Shown here piece by piece: positions 10,243 through 20,692 of a DNA stretch of 64,000 nucleotides. A program made the position numbers and the translations under genes. Numbering within the stretch: the stretch's first letter is position 1; each line of letters opens with the position of its first letter. Location: NCBI GenBank assembly GCA_038065415.1, contig JBBTRA010000003.1, forward strand, positions 9,314 to 73,313. The letters are read 5' to 3'. The notes beneath the pieces were generated by a model. That model was given only the letters and a program-made list of their open reading frames with translations. It was not told where the DNA came from and did no database searches. This stretch comes from Patescibacteria group bacterium. GTDB taxonomy: Bacteria > Patescibacteriota > Minisyncoccia > Phycocordibacterales > PALSA-1337.

Positions 10243-10602
10243 CTAATTTTCTTCTAGTCGGCTTAATACAATTCGGTGCGCAGATTCAGGTGTAAGACGT
10301 AAGACTCTGAGAGCATCTTCGAGAGCTGCTCCTTCCATGACACGCACCTCTGATGCCTCGACTTGTCTTTGGATTTGATCCAAATAGAGCTTCGCCTCAT
10401 CGAGAGCCGGGAGTAACCGCAGATGTGTATTAGAGTGGTTACAATTACCACACTGACTCACCTCCTCGACAATTCCCAAAAAGCGATCCAACTGTCCAAC
10501 AAGGATTACCACTGAACCCTCTCGAACAATCATGCGGCAATGCGAGCAGCGTGCTTCAAGTCCAAATGGGATTCCAACTGGCTTCAGAATGAACTGGTTC
10601 AT
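10243..10602 (-). CDS. Hypothetical protein with two CxxC motifs (putative Zn-binding)
   Basis: CSHC and CGNC. Confidence 0.55.
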   Translation of the reverse strand: MNQFILKPVGIPFGLEARCSHCRMIVREGSVVILVGQLDRFLGIVEEVSQCGNCNHSNTHLRLLPALDEAKLYLDQIQRQVEASEVRVMEGAALEDALRVLRLTPESAHRIVLSRLEEN

Positions 10603-10662
10603 GCAAAATCCTTTGTGTTATTCAAAAGAAATATAAATTAAAAATTAATAACTGTCAATACT

Positions 10663-12564
10663 ATGTCCAAAATAATCGGAATCGACCTCGGAACGACATT
10701 CAGCGCCGTCGCAGTGATGGAAGCTGGTGTGCCGAGAGTCCTCGAAAACGCAGAGGGACAGCGTACAACACCCTCGATTGTCGCCCAATCTAAAACCGGC
10801 GAAAGACTCGTGGGACTTCTGGCAAAGCGCCAGGCGGTCACGAACCCAAAGAATACGATATTCCAGATCAAGCGCTTCATCGGACACACCTTCGATGAGG
10901 AGAGCGTGCAGAAGGATATCAAGAACGTCTCATTCGAAGTCAGGAAGTCTACCAACGGTGGCATCGAAGTGAAGATGGGTGATACCTGGATGAGACCAGA
11001 AGAAGTCTCAGCCATGATCCTCACCAAGCTCAAGAATGACGCAGAGGCTCGTCTCGGAGAGAAGGTGACTCAGGCAGTCATCACTGTCCCTGCGTACTTC
11101 AACGACTCACAGCGCCAGGCTACCAAGGACGCGGGCAAGATCGCTGGACTCGATGTTATGCGTATCATCAACGAGCCGACTGCGGCTGCACTCGCATATG
11201 GATTTGCCAAGAAGAAAGATGAGAAGATTGCTGTCTTCGACTTTGGAGGCGGTACCTTCGACATCTCAGTCCTCGAAGTAGGAGATGATGTTATCGAAGT
11301 GAAGTCTACCGATGGTGACTCACACCTCGGCGGTCGCGATATTGACGCAAAGATAGTGAACTGGCTTGCCGACACATTCCAGAAAGAGAACGGTATCGAT
11401 CTCAAGAAGGACGCACTCGCACTCCAGCGTCTCGATGAGGCTGCTGAGAAGGCCAAAATCGAGCTCTCGACAGCTGCACAGACAGAGATCAACATCCCAT
11501 TCATCAGCTCCGGTTCAGATGGTCCAAAACACCTCCTCGTCACGCTCACTCGTGCTCAGCTCGAGCAGATGACACAGGAATTCATCGATCGCGCTATGGC
11601 TATCACCAAGCGTGCAGTCGAAGCGTCCCCATTCAAAGTAGGGGAGATCAATGAGATCGTCATGGTGGGCGGTCAGACACGCATGCCTGCACTCCAGGAT
11701 GCGGTCAAGAAGTTCTTCGGTAAGGATCTACACATGGGTGTGAATCCTGACGAGGTGGTTGCGGTGGGCGCGGCTATCCAAGGAGGAATCCTTGGTGGCG
11801 ATGTGAAGGATGTACTCCTCTTGGATGTCATCCCTCTATCTCTCGGAATCGAAACTATGGGTGGTGTTGCAACGAAACTCATCGAGAAGAACACTACCGT
11901 CCCTACCCAGAAGTCTCAGATATTCTCAACTGCTGCTGACAATCAGCCGTCTGTAGAGATCCATATCACTCAGGGAGAGCGTCCAATGTCGGCTGACAAC
12001 AAGTCGCTCGGCAGATTTATCCTCGATGGTATCGCTCCAGCTCCTCGTGGTACGCCACAGGTCGAGGTAACCTTCGATGTTGATGCCAACGGTATCCTCA
12101 ATGTTACCGCAAAGGACAAGGCAACTGGTAAGGCTAACAGCATCAAAATCACCGCTTCTTCGGGACTCTCCAAGGAAGAAGTCGAGAAGATGAAGCAGGA
12201 AGCAGCTGCTCATGAAGCAGAAGACAAGGCAAAGAAGGACATTGTTGAGGCGAAAAACATTGCTGAGCAGCTCGTCTACACTTCAGAAAAGGCACTGAAG
12301 GAGGCGGGGGACAAAGTTCCTGCAGATCTCAAGAAGTCTATTGAAGAGAAGGTTGCCGCATTGAAAACTGCGAAGGATGCCGGCACACCAGACTTTACTG
12401 CGATCAAGTCTGCAACTGAGACATTGTCTGCTGAGATCCAGAAGATCGGGCAGTATATGAATCAAACTCCTCCAGCAGGAGCAGCTGGTGCAAATCCTAC
12501 TGATGGAAAGGCTCCAGAGGGCGGAGATAATGTAAAGGATGCGGAGTTCAAAGAGAAAAAGTAG
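10663..12564 (+). CDS. dnaK: Chaperone DnaK
   Basis: [38 protein letters not shown]. Confidence 0.99.
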   Translation: MSKIIGIDLGTTFSAVAVMEAGVPRVLENAEGQRTTPSIVAQSKTGERLVGLLAKRQAVTNPKNTIFQIKRFIGHTFDEESVQKDIKNVSFEVRKSTNGGIEVKMGDTWMRPEEVSAMILTKLKNDAEARLGEKVTQAVITVPAYFNDSQRQATKDAGKIAGLDVMRIINEPTAAALAYGFAKKKDEKIAVFDFGGGTFDISVLEVGDDVIEVKSTDGDSHLGGRDIDAKIVNWLADTFQKENGIDLKKDALALQRLDEAAEKAKIELSTAAQTEINIPFISSGSDGPKHLLVTLTRAQLEQMTQEFIDRAMAITKRAVEASPFKVGEINEIVMVGGQTRMPALQDAVKKFFGKDLHMGVNPDEVVAVGAAIQGGILGGDVKDVLLLDVIPLSLGIETMGGVATKLIEKNTTVPTQKSQIFSTAADNQPSVEIHITQGERPMSADNKSLGRFILDGIAPAPRGTPQVEVTFDVDANGILNVTAKDKATGKANSIKITASSGLSKEEVEKMKQEAAAHEAEDKAKKDIVEAKNIAEQLVYTSEKALKEAGDKVPADLKKSIEEKVAALKTAKDAGTPDFTAIKSATETLSAEIQKIGQYMNQTPPAGAAGANPTDGKAPEGGDNVKDAEFKEKK

Positions 12565-12586
12565 TTCGTAGTTCCTGACAAATAAA

Positions 12587-12650
12587 AAGACCTCCGCAGC
12601 TTCCCTGAATTCGCCGGCTGGCGGAATTCGGGGAAGCGAACGGGGGTCTT
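12587..12650. terminator. Long imperfect hairpin between convergent dnaK and an orphan gene
   Basis: AAGACCTCCG..GCTTCCC-TGAATTC..GAATTCG-GGGAAGC..CGGGGGTCTT. Confidence 0.65.
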
Positions 12651-12663
12651 GGAATGGGTGAAC

Positions 12664-12912
12664 TCAATCTGAATCACAAACAACAAAGACTGACTCGGGG
12701 GCGATTTTGTCAATTGATTTCTCAATTCGCCTCAGCTCTTTAAGAAGCTTCCCGTCAGAATCTTTTATTCTACAGGAAATGTAGAAGGAGTTCTCATTCT
12801 GTTCATCAACTGAGACCACACTGATTTTTACCGGTTTCTTGAAACCTTGTGCAAAACAATTGAGAACAAGTGGGCACAAATCCACTGAAACGCAGACAGT
12901 ATATCTCTTCAT
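12664..12912 (-). CDS. Small hypothetical protein
   Basis: 82-aa ORF preceded by GAGGA and an AT-rich promoter-like region. Confidence 0.5.
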   Translation of the reverse strand: MKRYTVCVSVDLCPLVLNCFAQGFKKPVKISVVSVDEQNENSFYISCRIKDSDGKLLKELRRIEKSIDKIAPESVFVVCDSD

Positions 12913-12998
12913 AATTCCTCAGATACTTTGTTTAGTTAGAAAAAAATCTTGCGAAACCACTGAAATAATAATATCATACTAATTATTAATCGTCAAAT

Positions 12999-13901
12999 AT
13001 GTCCAAAGATTACTACAAAACCCTCGGCATCGAGAAATCCGCCTCCAAAGATGACATCAAGAAGGCCTTCCGCAAGCTCGCGCATGAGCACCACCCTGAC
13101 AAGAACAAGGGCAATGCTGCGTCTGAACAGAAGTTCAAAGAGGCGAGCGAGGCGTACTCGGTGCTCTCTGATGATCAGAAACGGGCACAATATGACCGCT
13201 TCGGATCCGCAGGCCCAGGCGGAGGTGGATTCAACCCGAACGCAGGAGGCTTCGGCGGTTTTGACTTCTCCGGATTCCAGCAGGGAGGTAGCGGCTTTCA
13301 CTTCAATCAGGGCGGAATGGAATTCGACCTCGGCGACATATTCGGTGAATTCTTCGGAGGTGGTGGCCGCAGACCACGCAAGGGCAGGAACATCACGGTG
13401 GATGTGGAACTTTCATTCAAGGACTCAATATTCGGCATTGAGAAAGAAATCAGTGTCGAGAAGGTAAAGCTCGCAATCAAGATTCCTCCAGGCATCGAGA
13501 ACGGTCAGGGTCTACGTGTAGGAGGGAAGGGGGAGTCTGGTGAAGGAGGCCCCGGCGATCTCATCGTGCGTGTCTGGGTCAAAGAGCATGCACACATCAG
13601 AAAAGAGGGATTCGACCTCGTCATGGAGCAACCGATCAAGCTCACAACCGCGCTCGCAGGTGGTTCAGTCGACCTCGATACATTGGATGGGGCTATTGAA
13701 CTGAAAATACCTGCAGGCACTAGTCATGGCGAGATCCTCCGTGTGAAGGGTAAGGGCGTACCATATGAGACTCAGGGAAGCGTCTTCGGTACTGGTGGCA
13801 GGCGCGGCGATCTTCTTGTTGTCACACATATAGAGATGCCGAGGAAGCTCTCAAAGAAAGCTAAAGAGCTCATCGAAGGACTCAAAGGGGAGGGGATGTA
13901 G
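12999..13901 (+). CDS. dnaJ: J-domain co-chaperone (DnaJ-like, no zinc finger)
   Basis: KDYYKTLG, HPD motif, G/F-rich region, C-terminal domain; no CxxCxGxG repeats. Confidence 0.92.
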   Translation: MSKDYYKTLGIEKSASKDDIKKAFRKLAHEHHPDKNKGNAASEQKFKEASEAYSVLSDDQKRAQYDRFGSAGPGGGGFNPNAGGFGGFDFSGFQQGGSGFHFNQGGMEFDLGDIFGEFFGGGGRRPRKGRNITVDVELSFKDSIFGIEKEISVEKVKLAIKIPPGIENGQGLRVGGKGESGEGGPGDLIVRVWVKEHAHIRKEGFDLVMEQPIKLTTALAGGSVDLDTLDGAIELKIPAGTSHGEILRVKGKGVPYETQGSVFGTGGRRGDLLVVTHIEMPRKLSKKAKELIEGLKGEGM

Positions 13902-13930
13902 AAACCGATCATTTCTGGTATTATCTATTC

Positions 13931-14884
13931 ATGACCAAGAAAACTCTCCTCTCAGGCGTCAAACCAACCGGCCGACCGCATATCGGTAACTATTTCGGAG
14001 CGATGAAGCAATTTGTAGATACTCAAACGGTGGGACAGTACGATTCGTTCTTCATGATAGCTGACTATCATGCACTCAACTTCATCCAGAACAAGGAAGA
14101 AATGCGCTCCAACATCCTCGACCTGGCGATCGACTATCTTGCCATCGGTCTCGATCCGACCAAAGTAGTCCTCTTCAAGCAGAGCGACATATCTGCACAT
14201 ACCGAGCTCGCTTGGATTTTCGATACCATTGTCACCATGCCATACCTCATGCGTGCACATGCCTACAAGGATGCCGAAGCCAAAGACAAAGAGATCAATG
14301 TCGGCACGTTCAATTATCCCGTCCTCATGGCGGCAGACATCCTCCTCTACGACGCGGATGTAGTACCAGTAGGTCAAGATCAGAAACAGCATGTCGAGTA
14401 TGCCCGCGACATCGCACTCAAGTTCAACCATATCTTCAAAGGAGAAACTTTCAAACTTCCTGAACCTCTCATCATGGAACATGTAGCAACCGTTCCTGGC
14501 ATCGATGGTAAGAAAATGTCCAAGAGTTACAACAATACCATCCCACTCTTCGCAACTCGCGAGGAGATCACCAAGGCTGTCATGAGCATCGTGACTGATT
14601 CCAGTGGAGATGTTCCAACGAACGTGTACAACATCCACAAGCTCTTCCGCCCTGAGTCAGACTTGGAACCCCTCTACAAGGAACACGCGGGCAAATACAA
14701 AGCTCTTAAGGAAGCACTCATCGAGGATATCGACACTTTCATCAAACCACTAAGAGAGAGACGTGCAGAGCTCGCCATGAATGAAGAGGTTGTACTCAAA
14801 ATCCTCGCTGAAGGAGCATTCAAAGCAAAAGACAAGGCTGACAAGAAACTAGCTGAGATAAAACAGACAATAGGAGTGATCTAA
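13931..14884 (+). CDS. trpS: Tryptophan--tRNA ligase
   Basis: SGVKPTGRPHIGNY, YPVLMAADIL, VPVGQDQKQH, KMSKS. Confidence 0.98.
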   Translation: MTKKTLLSGVKPTGRPHIGNYFGAMKQFVDTQTVGQYDSFFMIADYHALNFIQNKEEMRSNILDLAIDYLAIGLDPTKVVLFKQSDISAHTELAWIFDTIVTMPYLMRAHAYKDAEAKDKEINVGTFNYPVLMAADILLYDADVVPVGQDQKQHVEYARDIALKFNHIFKGETFKLPEPLIMEHVATVPGIDGKKMSKSYNNTIPLFATREEITKAVMSIVTDSSGDVPTNVYNIHKLFRPESDLEPLYKEHAGKYKALKEALIEDIDTFIKPLRERRAELAMNEEVVLKILAEGAFKAKDKADKKLAEIKQTIGVI

Positions 14885-14978
14885 GGGTCATGAGCCATCA
14901 TTGATCCTCTATAGTTTTTTCATAACTCCTTGATAGGGAGCTGGTACGCTCTGCATATTAACAGTAACGCATAGCACC

Positions 14979-15173
14979 ATGTCTCTCGACACAAAAGACC
15001 TCGAACTCATCGAGCGTATCGTATACAAAAATAGCGATGACATCGCCGTATCCATCGCACGCAGTTTCGAACGGCTCGAGGAGCGCATCGACGCCGCAGA
15101 ATCTCGCATATATTCACGGCTCGCAGATATTGAAGACAAAATAGAGGCGAGTAGCCTGGCAGTGCTAGATTAG
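14979..15173 (+). CDS. Small coiled-coil hypothetical protein
   Basis: 64 aa with a heptad-like FERLEERIDAAESRIYSRL segment. Confidence 0.65.
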   Translation: MSLDTKDLELIERIVYKNSDDIAVSIARSFERLEERIDAAESRIYSRLADIEDKIEASSLAVLD

Positions 15174-15197
15174 ATGTCTGAAACCTTCAGTACATCC

Positions 15198-16580
15198 CTA
15201 CTTACTCAAAATCTTGATTCCTCCTGCCGTATCCATCACCACATACCCACGGTTCTCAATCTCGATACGAAGGGCATCCGCCTTTTCCCATTCCTTTGCC
15301 TTGCGTGCCTCTTCACGCGCATCAGCAAGAGCTTGTATTTCTTCAGGAACCTTTTCTTCTTCCACAGGAGCAAGGGAACCGAGCTTCAGTCCCAATACGC
15401 GATCGAAGTTCAATATCGTTGTACGCTTATCTGTATCGGCAACAGCGGTGTCTTTCAGCAGTTCCCAGATCAAGGCGATCGCCTGCGACATTCCCAGGTC
15501 GTTGTTTATTGATGCCCTAAAACGCTCACCATAGCCAGCTACAAGCGTTCCCCCCTCTGGAAGGTTACTGACTGCAGTCATGAGCTTTATGAGGGCATTT
15601 TGAGCCCCACGGACGGCTTCCAGCGTGAAATTCACCGGAGATCTATAGTGGGCGGTCAAAAGCCAGTAGCGATAGGCGAGCGGGGATACCATATCATCTT
15701 CGAGGGTCTTGAGGGTCACAAAACCACCAGCTGATTTTGCCATCTTGCCATCATTCATCGTGACGAATGCTCCATGCATCCAATAGTGCGCCAGCGGAGC
15801 GTCGTATGCCGCCTCTGACTGGGCGATCTCATTGTTATGATGCACGGGAATGTGATCTATACCACCTGTGTGAATATCAAATGGCTGGCCGAGAAATTCA
15901 CGCGACATCGCCGAACATTCGATATGCCATCCCGGAAATCCTTTACCCCATGGAGCATCCCAGCCGAGTGTGGCATCGAATTTCCAGAGAGCGAAGTCGG
16001 CAGGACTCTTCTTCTCAGGATTCACCGCGACACGACTACCATCTTTGAGAGATTCCAAGGAAATATTTCCGAGTTTGCCATATGCAGGAAACTTGGAGAT
16101 GTCAAAATAGACACCATCGCTTGTCGTATAGGCGATACCTTTTTCCTGCAATTTCTCGATGATCTCAATATCACCTGCGATATGATCAGAAGCGCGAGGG
16201 AATTCGTGCGGAGTTTCGATATTGAGAGATTTCAAATCATCAGTGAATCTCTCAAAGTAGAATGTTGCCACTTCACGCATTGCTTCCAGCGAAAGAGGTT
16301 TACCTTCTCTTTTGAGTGCCTTGGTCATCTTGTCTTCACCATCATCACCATCAGTGACCAGGTGACCCACATCGGTAATATTGACGACCTGCTTTACTGA
16401 GAATTTATTGTACTCAAATGTTCTCCTCAAAATGTCCGCGAAAACATATGCACGCAAATTTCCGATATGCGCATAGTCATATACCGTCGGGCCACAATGA
16501 TACATAGAAACCACACCATCTTTGAGTGGTGTGAATGTTTCAAGTGAACGGGACAGGGTATTGTAAAGTTTTATTTCCAT
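15198..16580 (-). CDS. cysS: Cysteine--tRNA ligase
   Basis: LYNTLSR, CGPTVY..HIGN, PGWHIECSAM, KMAKS. Start is ATG 16580. Confidence 0.98.
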   Translation of the reverse strand: MEIKLYNTLSRSLETFTPLKDGVVSMYHCGPTVYDYAHIGNLRAYVFADILRRTFEYNKFSVKQVVNITDVGHLVTDGDDGEDKMTKALKREGKPLSLEAMREVATFYFERFTDDLKSLNIETPHEFPRASDHIAGDIEIIEKLQEKGIAYTTSDGVYFDISKFPAYGKLGNISLESLKDGSRVAVNPEKKSPADFALWKFDATLGWDAPWGKGFPGWHIECSAMSREFLGQPFDIHTGGIDHIPVHHNNEIAQSEAAYDAPLAHYWMHGAFVTMNDGKMAKSAGGFVTLKTLEDDMVSPLAYRYWLLTAHYRSPVNFTLEAVRGAQNALIKLMTAVSNLPEGGTLVAGYGERFRASINNDLGMSQAIALIWELLKDTAVADTDKRTTILNFDRVLGLKLGSLAPVEEEKVPEEIQALADAREEARKAKEWEKADALRIEIENRGYVVMDTAGGIKILSK

Positions 16581-16585
16581 ACGTT

Positions 16586-17515
16586 CTAGAGCCACCTCTT
16601 CTTCCTGAACAGCCACCAAATACTTGCACTGATCACGATCATGAAGAGGAAGATAGCATACCAACCGATGCCGTGCTCGATGAGCGGAACATTGAGAGCT
16701 GGAATTGTAAAGAGTGCCGCAATGAAGGTCGCCGGCTGAAAGATGAATGCCACCAGGGTGAGACGCTTGATAATCTCGTTTTGCCTCGTGTTAAGGAGGG
16801 AGTCATTGGTCTCACGGAGGTCAGCAAGAAGTTCACGGGAATTGGAAATCAGCTCACGGATACGGTTGAACTCGTCACGAATATCGCGCATGTATACCGT
16901 GAACTCCTTTCCGAAGAGGGAAGTCTCATCATAAGCAACCATTTCTTGCCAGATCTCCTCATGAACACGCGCTGTTTGCTTGAAATCAATAAGCTCGCGA
17001 CTCAGACCTGAAAGAGCCTCGACCATTTTGCGTTCATCCCCTCCGAAGATACGGGTTTCAGCATTGATCAAAGAATCTTTGATATTCTCCAAGTCCTCAC
17101 ACATGCCCGCATAGATACGCTTGACCATGTAGTAGAAGAGATGGCCGGCATGGTCAATCTTTTCTTCCTTATTGATGATCGAGTTGGTCTCAAATATTTT
17201 GCCGAAATACTCCAACTGCTCGATGGTATCAAAACGAGAGGTGATGAGAAAATTCTTGCCAATGACAAAATCAACCTCACGATCAACGATTTCGTAGGCA
17301 TCATTCTTCTTGTTGCGGATACGAACCGGAAGTGTCAGTACAACGAGGATATAGTCCTTGTAGAAATCTATCTTAGCGAGGGAAGAGGAGCTTTTGAGCT
17401 CTTCGCCTACAAGCGGGTGGAGATCGTAGCGTTTGATAAGACCAGCGATTTCTTCAGTATCAGGATTTGAGACATCGAGCCAAATGAGGCCTTTCGACGT
17501 ATGGTGAGTGATCAT
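16586..17515 (-). CDS. corA: CorA-family divalent cation transporter
   Basis: WLDVSNP, LHPL, NEIIKRLT, two C-terminal TMs. The GMN signature is not canonical. Confidence 0.85.
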   Translation of the reverse strand: MITHHTSKGLIWLDVSNPDTEEIAGLIKRYDLHPLVGEELKSSSSLAKIDFYKDYILVVLTLPVRIRNKKNDAYEIVDREVDFVIGKNFLITSRFDTIEQLEYFGKIFETNSIINKEEKIDHAGHLFYYMVKRIYAGMCEDLENIKDSLINAETRIFGGDERKMVEALSGLSRELIDFKQTARVHEEIWQEMVAYDETSLFGKEFTVYMRDIRDEFNRIRELISNSRELLADLRETNDSLLNTRQNEIIKRLTLVAFIFQPATFIAALFTIPALNVPLIEHGIGWYAIFLFMIVISASIWWLFRKKRWL

Positions 17516-17563
17516 AAGGCTTATTGTAGCAAATCGTTTCGAGTTATGCGATAATACCCCCAC

Positions 17564-18769
17564 ATGAATACCCAAGACCGAAAGCTGGTGCTGTTCCTCA
17601 TCGGATTGCCCGCAGTTATATTTGCATTTTTCATCGGTGTCTACGTCGGAGGAGGGGAGAATCCTCGAAATACGAGCGTAGTCGATACTAGCGCCGTCAG
17701 TGACGAGCAATTCGAACCTTTCTGGAAGGCGTGGCATGCCCTCGACGAAAAGTACGTAGCTGCAGCGAGCACTTCAGCCCAACAGCGTGTCTGGGGCTCC
17801 ATACAAGGTCTTGCCTCCTCATATGGCGACCCGTATACCGTATTCTTCCCACCTGTAGAGGCCAAGATGTTCCAAGAGGACATATCCGGCAATTTTGAAG
17901 GTGTTGGCATGGAAATCGGCATCAAAGACAAGCAGCTCCAAGTTGTAGCTCCAATTAAGAACAGCCCTGCAGAACGCGCAGGAGTAAAAACAGGGGACTT
18001 TATACTCAAAATAGAAGAACAGAGCACCGTGGACATGCCTGTCGATGCTGCAGTGAAGCTTATCCGCGGAGCGAAGGGAACACCAGTCAAGATCACCTTC
18101 TTGCCACAAGGAGCGACCAAACCTGTCGTACGCACCCTCGTTCGTGACATTATCGACATCCCGACCTTGGAAACCAGCACCAAGGAAAGTGGTATCTTCG
18201 TTATACGCCTCTATAGCTTCACTGCTCACTCGGCAGACCTCTTCAGAGGGGCGCTCCGTGAGTTCATCCTTTCAGGCAATGACAAGCTCATTCTCGACCT
18301 TCGTGGCAATCCAGGTGGATATCTCGATGCGGCCTGGGATATGGCTTCATGGTTCTTGGCTCCCGGTAAAACAGTCGTGACTGAGGATTTCGGCAACAAC
18401 AACGAACCAAAGGTATACCGCAGCAAGGGGTACGACATATTCAATGACAACCTCCACATGATCATCCTGACAGACGCCGGATCAGCCTCGGCATCGGAGA
18501 TTCTAGCTGGAGCTCTTCAGGAGAATGGAGTAGCAAAGATCGTTGGTATGAAAACATTCGGCAAAGGATCGGTCCAACAGCTCGTTTCCATCACTCCAGA
18601 CACCTCGCTCAAGATCACCATCGCTCGCTGGCTCACGCCAAAGGGTCACAACCTCTCTCATGACGGCCTCGAGCCAGATTACAAGGTAGAAGTCACCGAG
18701 AAGGATGTTGCAGCCAAGTACGACCCTCAGATGGCTAAGGCAGTTGAAATATTGAACGCGACCCAGTAG
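17564..18769 (+). CDS. S41 carboxyl-terminal processing protease
   Basis: DPYT, PDZ domain (GVGMEI..SPAERAG), DLRGNPGG, ASASEI, TFGKGSVQ. Confidence 0.96.
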   Translation: MNTQDRKLVLFLIGLPAVIFAFFIGVYVGGGENPRNTSVVDTSAVSDEQFEPFWKAWHALDEKYVAAASTSAQQRVWGSIQGLASSYGDPYTVFFPPVEAKMFQEDISGNFEGVGMEIGIKDKQLQVVAPIKNSPAERAGVKTGDFILKIEEQSTVDMPVDAAVKLIRGAKGTPVKITFLPQGATKPVVRTLVRDIIDIPTLETSTKESGIFVIRLYSFTAHSADLFRGALREFILSGNDKLILDLRGNPGGYLDAAWDMASWFLAPGKTVVTEDFGNNNEPKVYRSKGYDIFNDNLHMIILTDAGSASASEILAGALQENGVAKIVGMKTFGKGSVQQLVSITPDTSLKITIARWLTPKGHNLSHDGLEPDYKVEVTEKDVAAKYDPQMAKAVEILNATQ

Positions 18770-18808
18770 TATCAAACATATACCCGAAATAACCGAACCA
18801 CCATACCC

Positions 18809-19252
18809 ATGAAAATCATCCTTTTGAAAGATGTAGCTAAGCTCGGCAAGAAATATGAGACCAAGACCGTGAGCGACGGCTACGGCATCAACCTGCTCAT
18901 ACCTCAAGGGCTCGCTATTGCAGCAACTCCTGACGCACTCAAGCGCCTCGAAACTGAGCGTGCCAAGGCAGAAGGTGAGCGCAAAGTACAGGAAGAGCTC
19001 ATCGTCAAGAATATCGAAGGCCTCAAGGATATCACTGTTACTATCATCGGTAAGGCCAATGAGAAGGGCCACCTCTTCGCTGGTCTTCACAAAGAAGAGA
19101 TCGCAAAAGAGATCGAGAAGCAGACTCGCCTCCAGATCGCCCCATCATTCATCGAGCTCGAACATCCACTCAAGGCTGTCGGTGAGCACACCATAGAGGT
19201 CAAAGCTGCAGGGAAGTCAGCCAAGCTCAAGATCGTCATTCAGGGCAAATAG
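18809..19252 (+). CDS. rplI: 50S ribosomal protein L9
   Basis: [23 protein letters not shown]. Confidence 0.97.
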   Translation: MKIILLKDVAKLGKKYETKTVSDGYGINLLIPQGLAIAATPDALKRLETERAKAEGERKVQEELIVKNIEGLKDITVTIIGKANEKGHLFAGLHKEEIAKEIEKQTRLQIAPSFIELEHPLKAVGEHTIEVKAAGKSAKLKIVIQGK

Positions 19253-19283
19253 AATCCCTCTCACTCAGATATTCCCTCAAAAA

Positions 19284-19313
19284 CAAAAAAGAGGCTTCGA
19301 AGCCTCTTTTTTG
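19284..19313. terminator. Bidirectional terminator between rplI and rpmA
   Basis: CAAAAAAGAGGC-TTCGAA-GCCTCTTTTTTG. Confidence 0.88.
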
Positions 19314-19329
19314 ATATCGTATTTCAGTC

Positions 19330-19602
19330 TTATTTGACGTGAACGATGTTCTTCCTGACGATATCGTTATTGAAAGATGTCTTACGCTTGGTACCATACG
19401 AAACGACACCATCCCTGAGTGCGAAGAGGGTGTGATCCTTGCCGACACCTACATTGGTACCTGGAAGGGTAGTGGTACCGCGCTGGCGGAGAATGATCTG
19501 ACCGACGGTGATCTTCTGGCCATGATTGACCTTAACCCCAAGGTATTTTGGGTTTGAATCTCGACCGTTTTTTGTGGTACCTGCGGCTTTCTTATGTGCC
19601 AT
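19330..19602 (-). CDS. rpmA: 50S ribosomal protein L27
   Basis: [33 protein letters not shown]. Confidence 0.98.
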   Translation of the reverse strand: MAHKKAAGTTKNGRDSNPKYLGVKVNHGQKITVGQIILRQRGTTTLPGTNVGVGKDHTLFALRDGVVSYGTKRKTSFNNDIVRKNIVHVK

Positions 19603-19745
19603 AGTAGTGGGAAATTTCTAGGGATTGCTATTAGTTTTGTCCCGGTAATATAACACAGGGCTCATAAAATTACAAGAAAATAGCCTACCCTAGGCCCAAA
19701 TGACCCCTCTACGAGCAGTGGTGAGGGCAGGGGAGCACAATTCTG

Positions 19746-19920
19746 GTCAATACCCTCCTCTGTCTCCACTTAAATCCCACGGTATCTTGCCATCCCTATA
19801 TTTAGAGCCATATTTTAAGGGCAATCTAAGTACAAATCCCGTAATATGGCTCTAAATAAGGGTATATTGAGTGTAAAATATGGCTCTGTTGAGCCATATT
19901 ACAGCACTCAGGGTATTGAC
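19746..19920. repeat. Nested inverted-repeat element: 11-bp terminal IRs plus four copies of GAGCCATATT
   Basis: GTCAATACCCT at 19746-56 pairs with AGGGTATTGAC at 19910-20; GAGCCATATT at 19805 and 19891; AATATGGCTC at 19843 and 19877. Confidence 0.8.
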
Positions 19921-19944
19921 TTTGGGGCTATAAGATGCTATACT
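19916..19944 (+). promoter_or_regulatory. Sigma70-type promoter
   Basis: TTGACT-17 nt (ending TG-C)-TATACT. Confidence 0.8.
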
Positions 19945-20004
19945 TGTTGTACAAGAGCGAATAGGTAATCTCATGGTTACTTCATTCGTTTTTTTAATTG
20001 TATT

Positions 20005-20472
20005 ATGCTTGAACTTACAACTGGTGTGATGTTCCTCATGTCATCCCTCTACGGTTCCGGACACAGCGATAATCACATTGAAACGATTAACGCAGCTACG
20101 GATACTGAACAGGCAACGACAACCGAAGCTCGCTCATTCACAGACTCAAAGCAGATCCAATCATATCTCCAGCAGGAATACTTCGACGCTCCCATCCTCA
20201 TTGAGGTTGCGCGTTGTGAATCGGAGTACCGCCAGTTCGATAAGAACGGTAAAGTTATCCGCGGACGTGCTGTCGCTGATGATATCGGCGTGATGCAGAT
20301 CAACGAATACTTCCATGGCGAGACCGCCAAGAAGCTCGGACTCGACATCTATACCACTGAAGGGAACGTCGCATACGCGAAATACCTCTACAGCAAGTAT
20401 GGACTCAAGCCTTGGTCAGCGTCAGCTCCGTGTTGGAATAAGAATGGAGACATCGCTTTGGCGAAAAAGTAA
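20005..20472 (+). CDS. Lytic transglycosylase-like (SLT/lysozyme fold) protein
   Basis: ARCES catalytic Glu motif, GVMQIN, GNVAYAKYLY..PW. Confidence 0.8.
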   Translation: MLELTTGVMFLMSSLYGSGHSDNHIETINAATDTEQATTTEARSFTDSKQIQSYLQQEYFDAPILIEVARCESEYRQFDKNGKVIRGRAVADDIGVMQINEYFHGETAKKLGLDIYTTEGNVAYAKYLYSKYGLKPWSASAPCWNKNGDIALAKK

Positions 20473-20492
20473 GATCGATTACCACTAGAGAA

Positions 20493-20529
20493 GCAAAAGT
20501 CCTCACGGATATTTCGTGAGGACTTTTGC
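20493..20529. terminator. Bidirectional terminator
   Basis: GCAAAAGTCCTCACGG..TCGTGAGGACTTTTGC. Confidence 0.85.
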
Positions 20530-20692
20530 GTTACGCTCGAACAGTGCCCGTAGGGAAGAGGAGTGGAAAATTATCCCGGCACCGATCCTGTGCAGTATTC
20601 TTCTTTTCGATACCATGTCGCACAATATACATTAACGCACTATGCTAGGCTAAAACAAAAGCCCGTTAAGGGCCTTGGTTTGTTCTTATTTC

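Noticed and set aside
8330-13000. CIRCE operator for the chaperone genes
   Set aside because: No TTAGCACTC-N9-GAGTGCTAA match found by eye.
19794-19910. CRISPR array or iterons
   Set aside because: The repeats are only 10 bp, inverted and irregularly spaced; no cas or rep gene is nearby.
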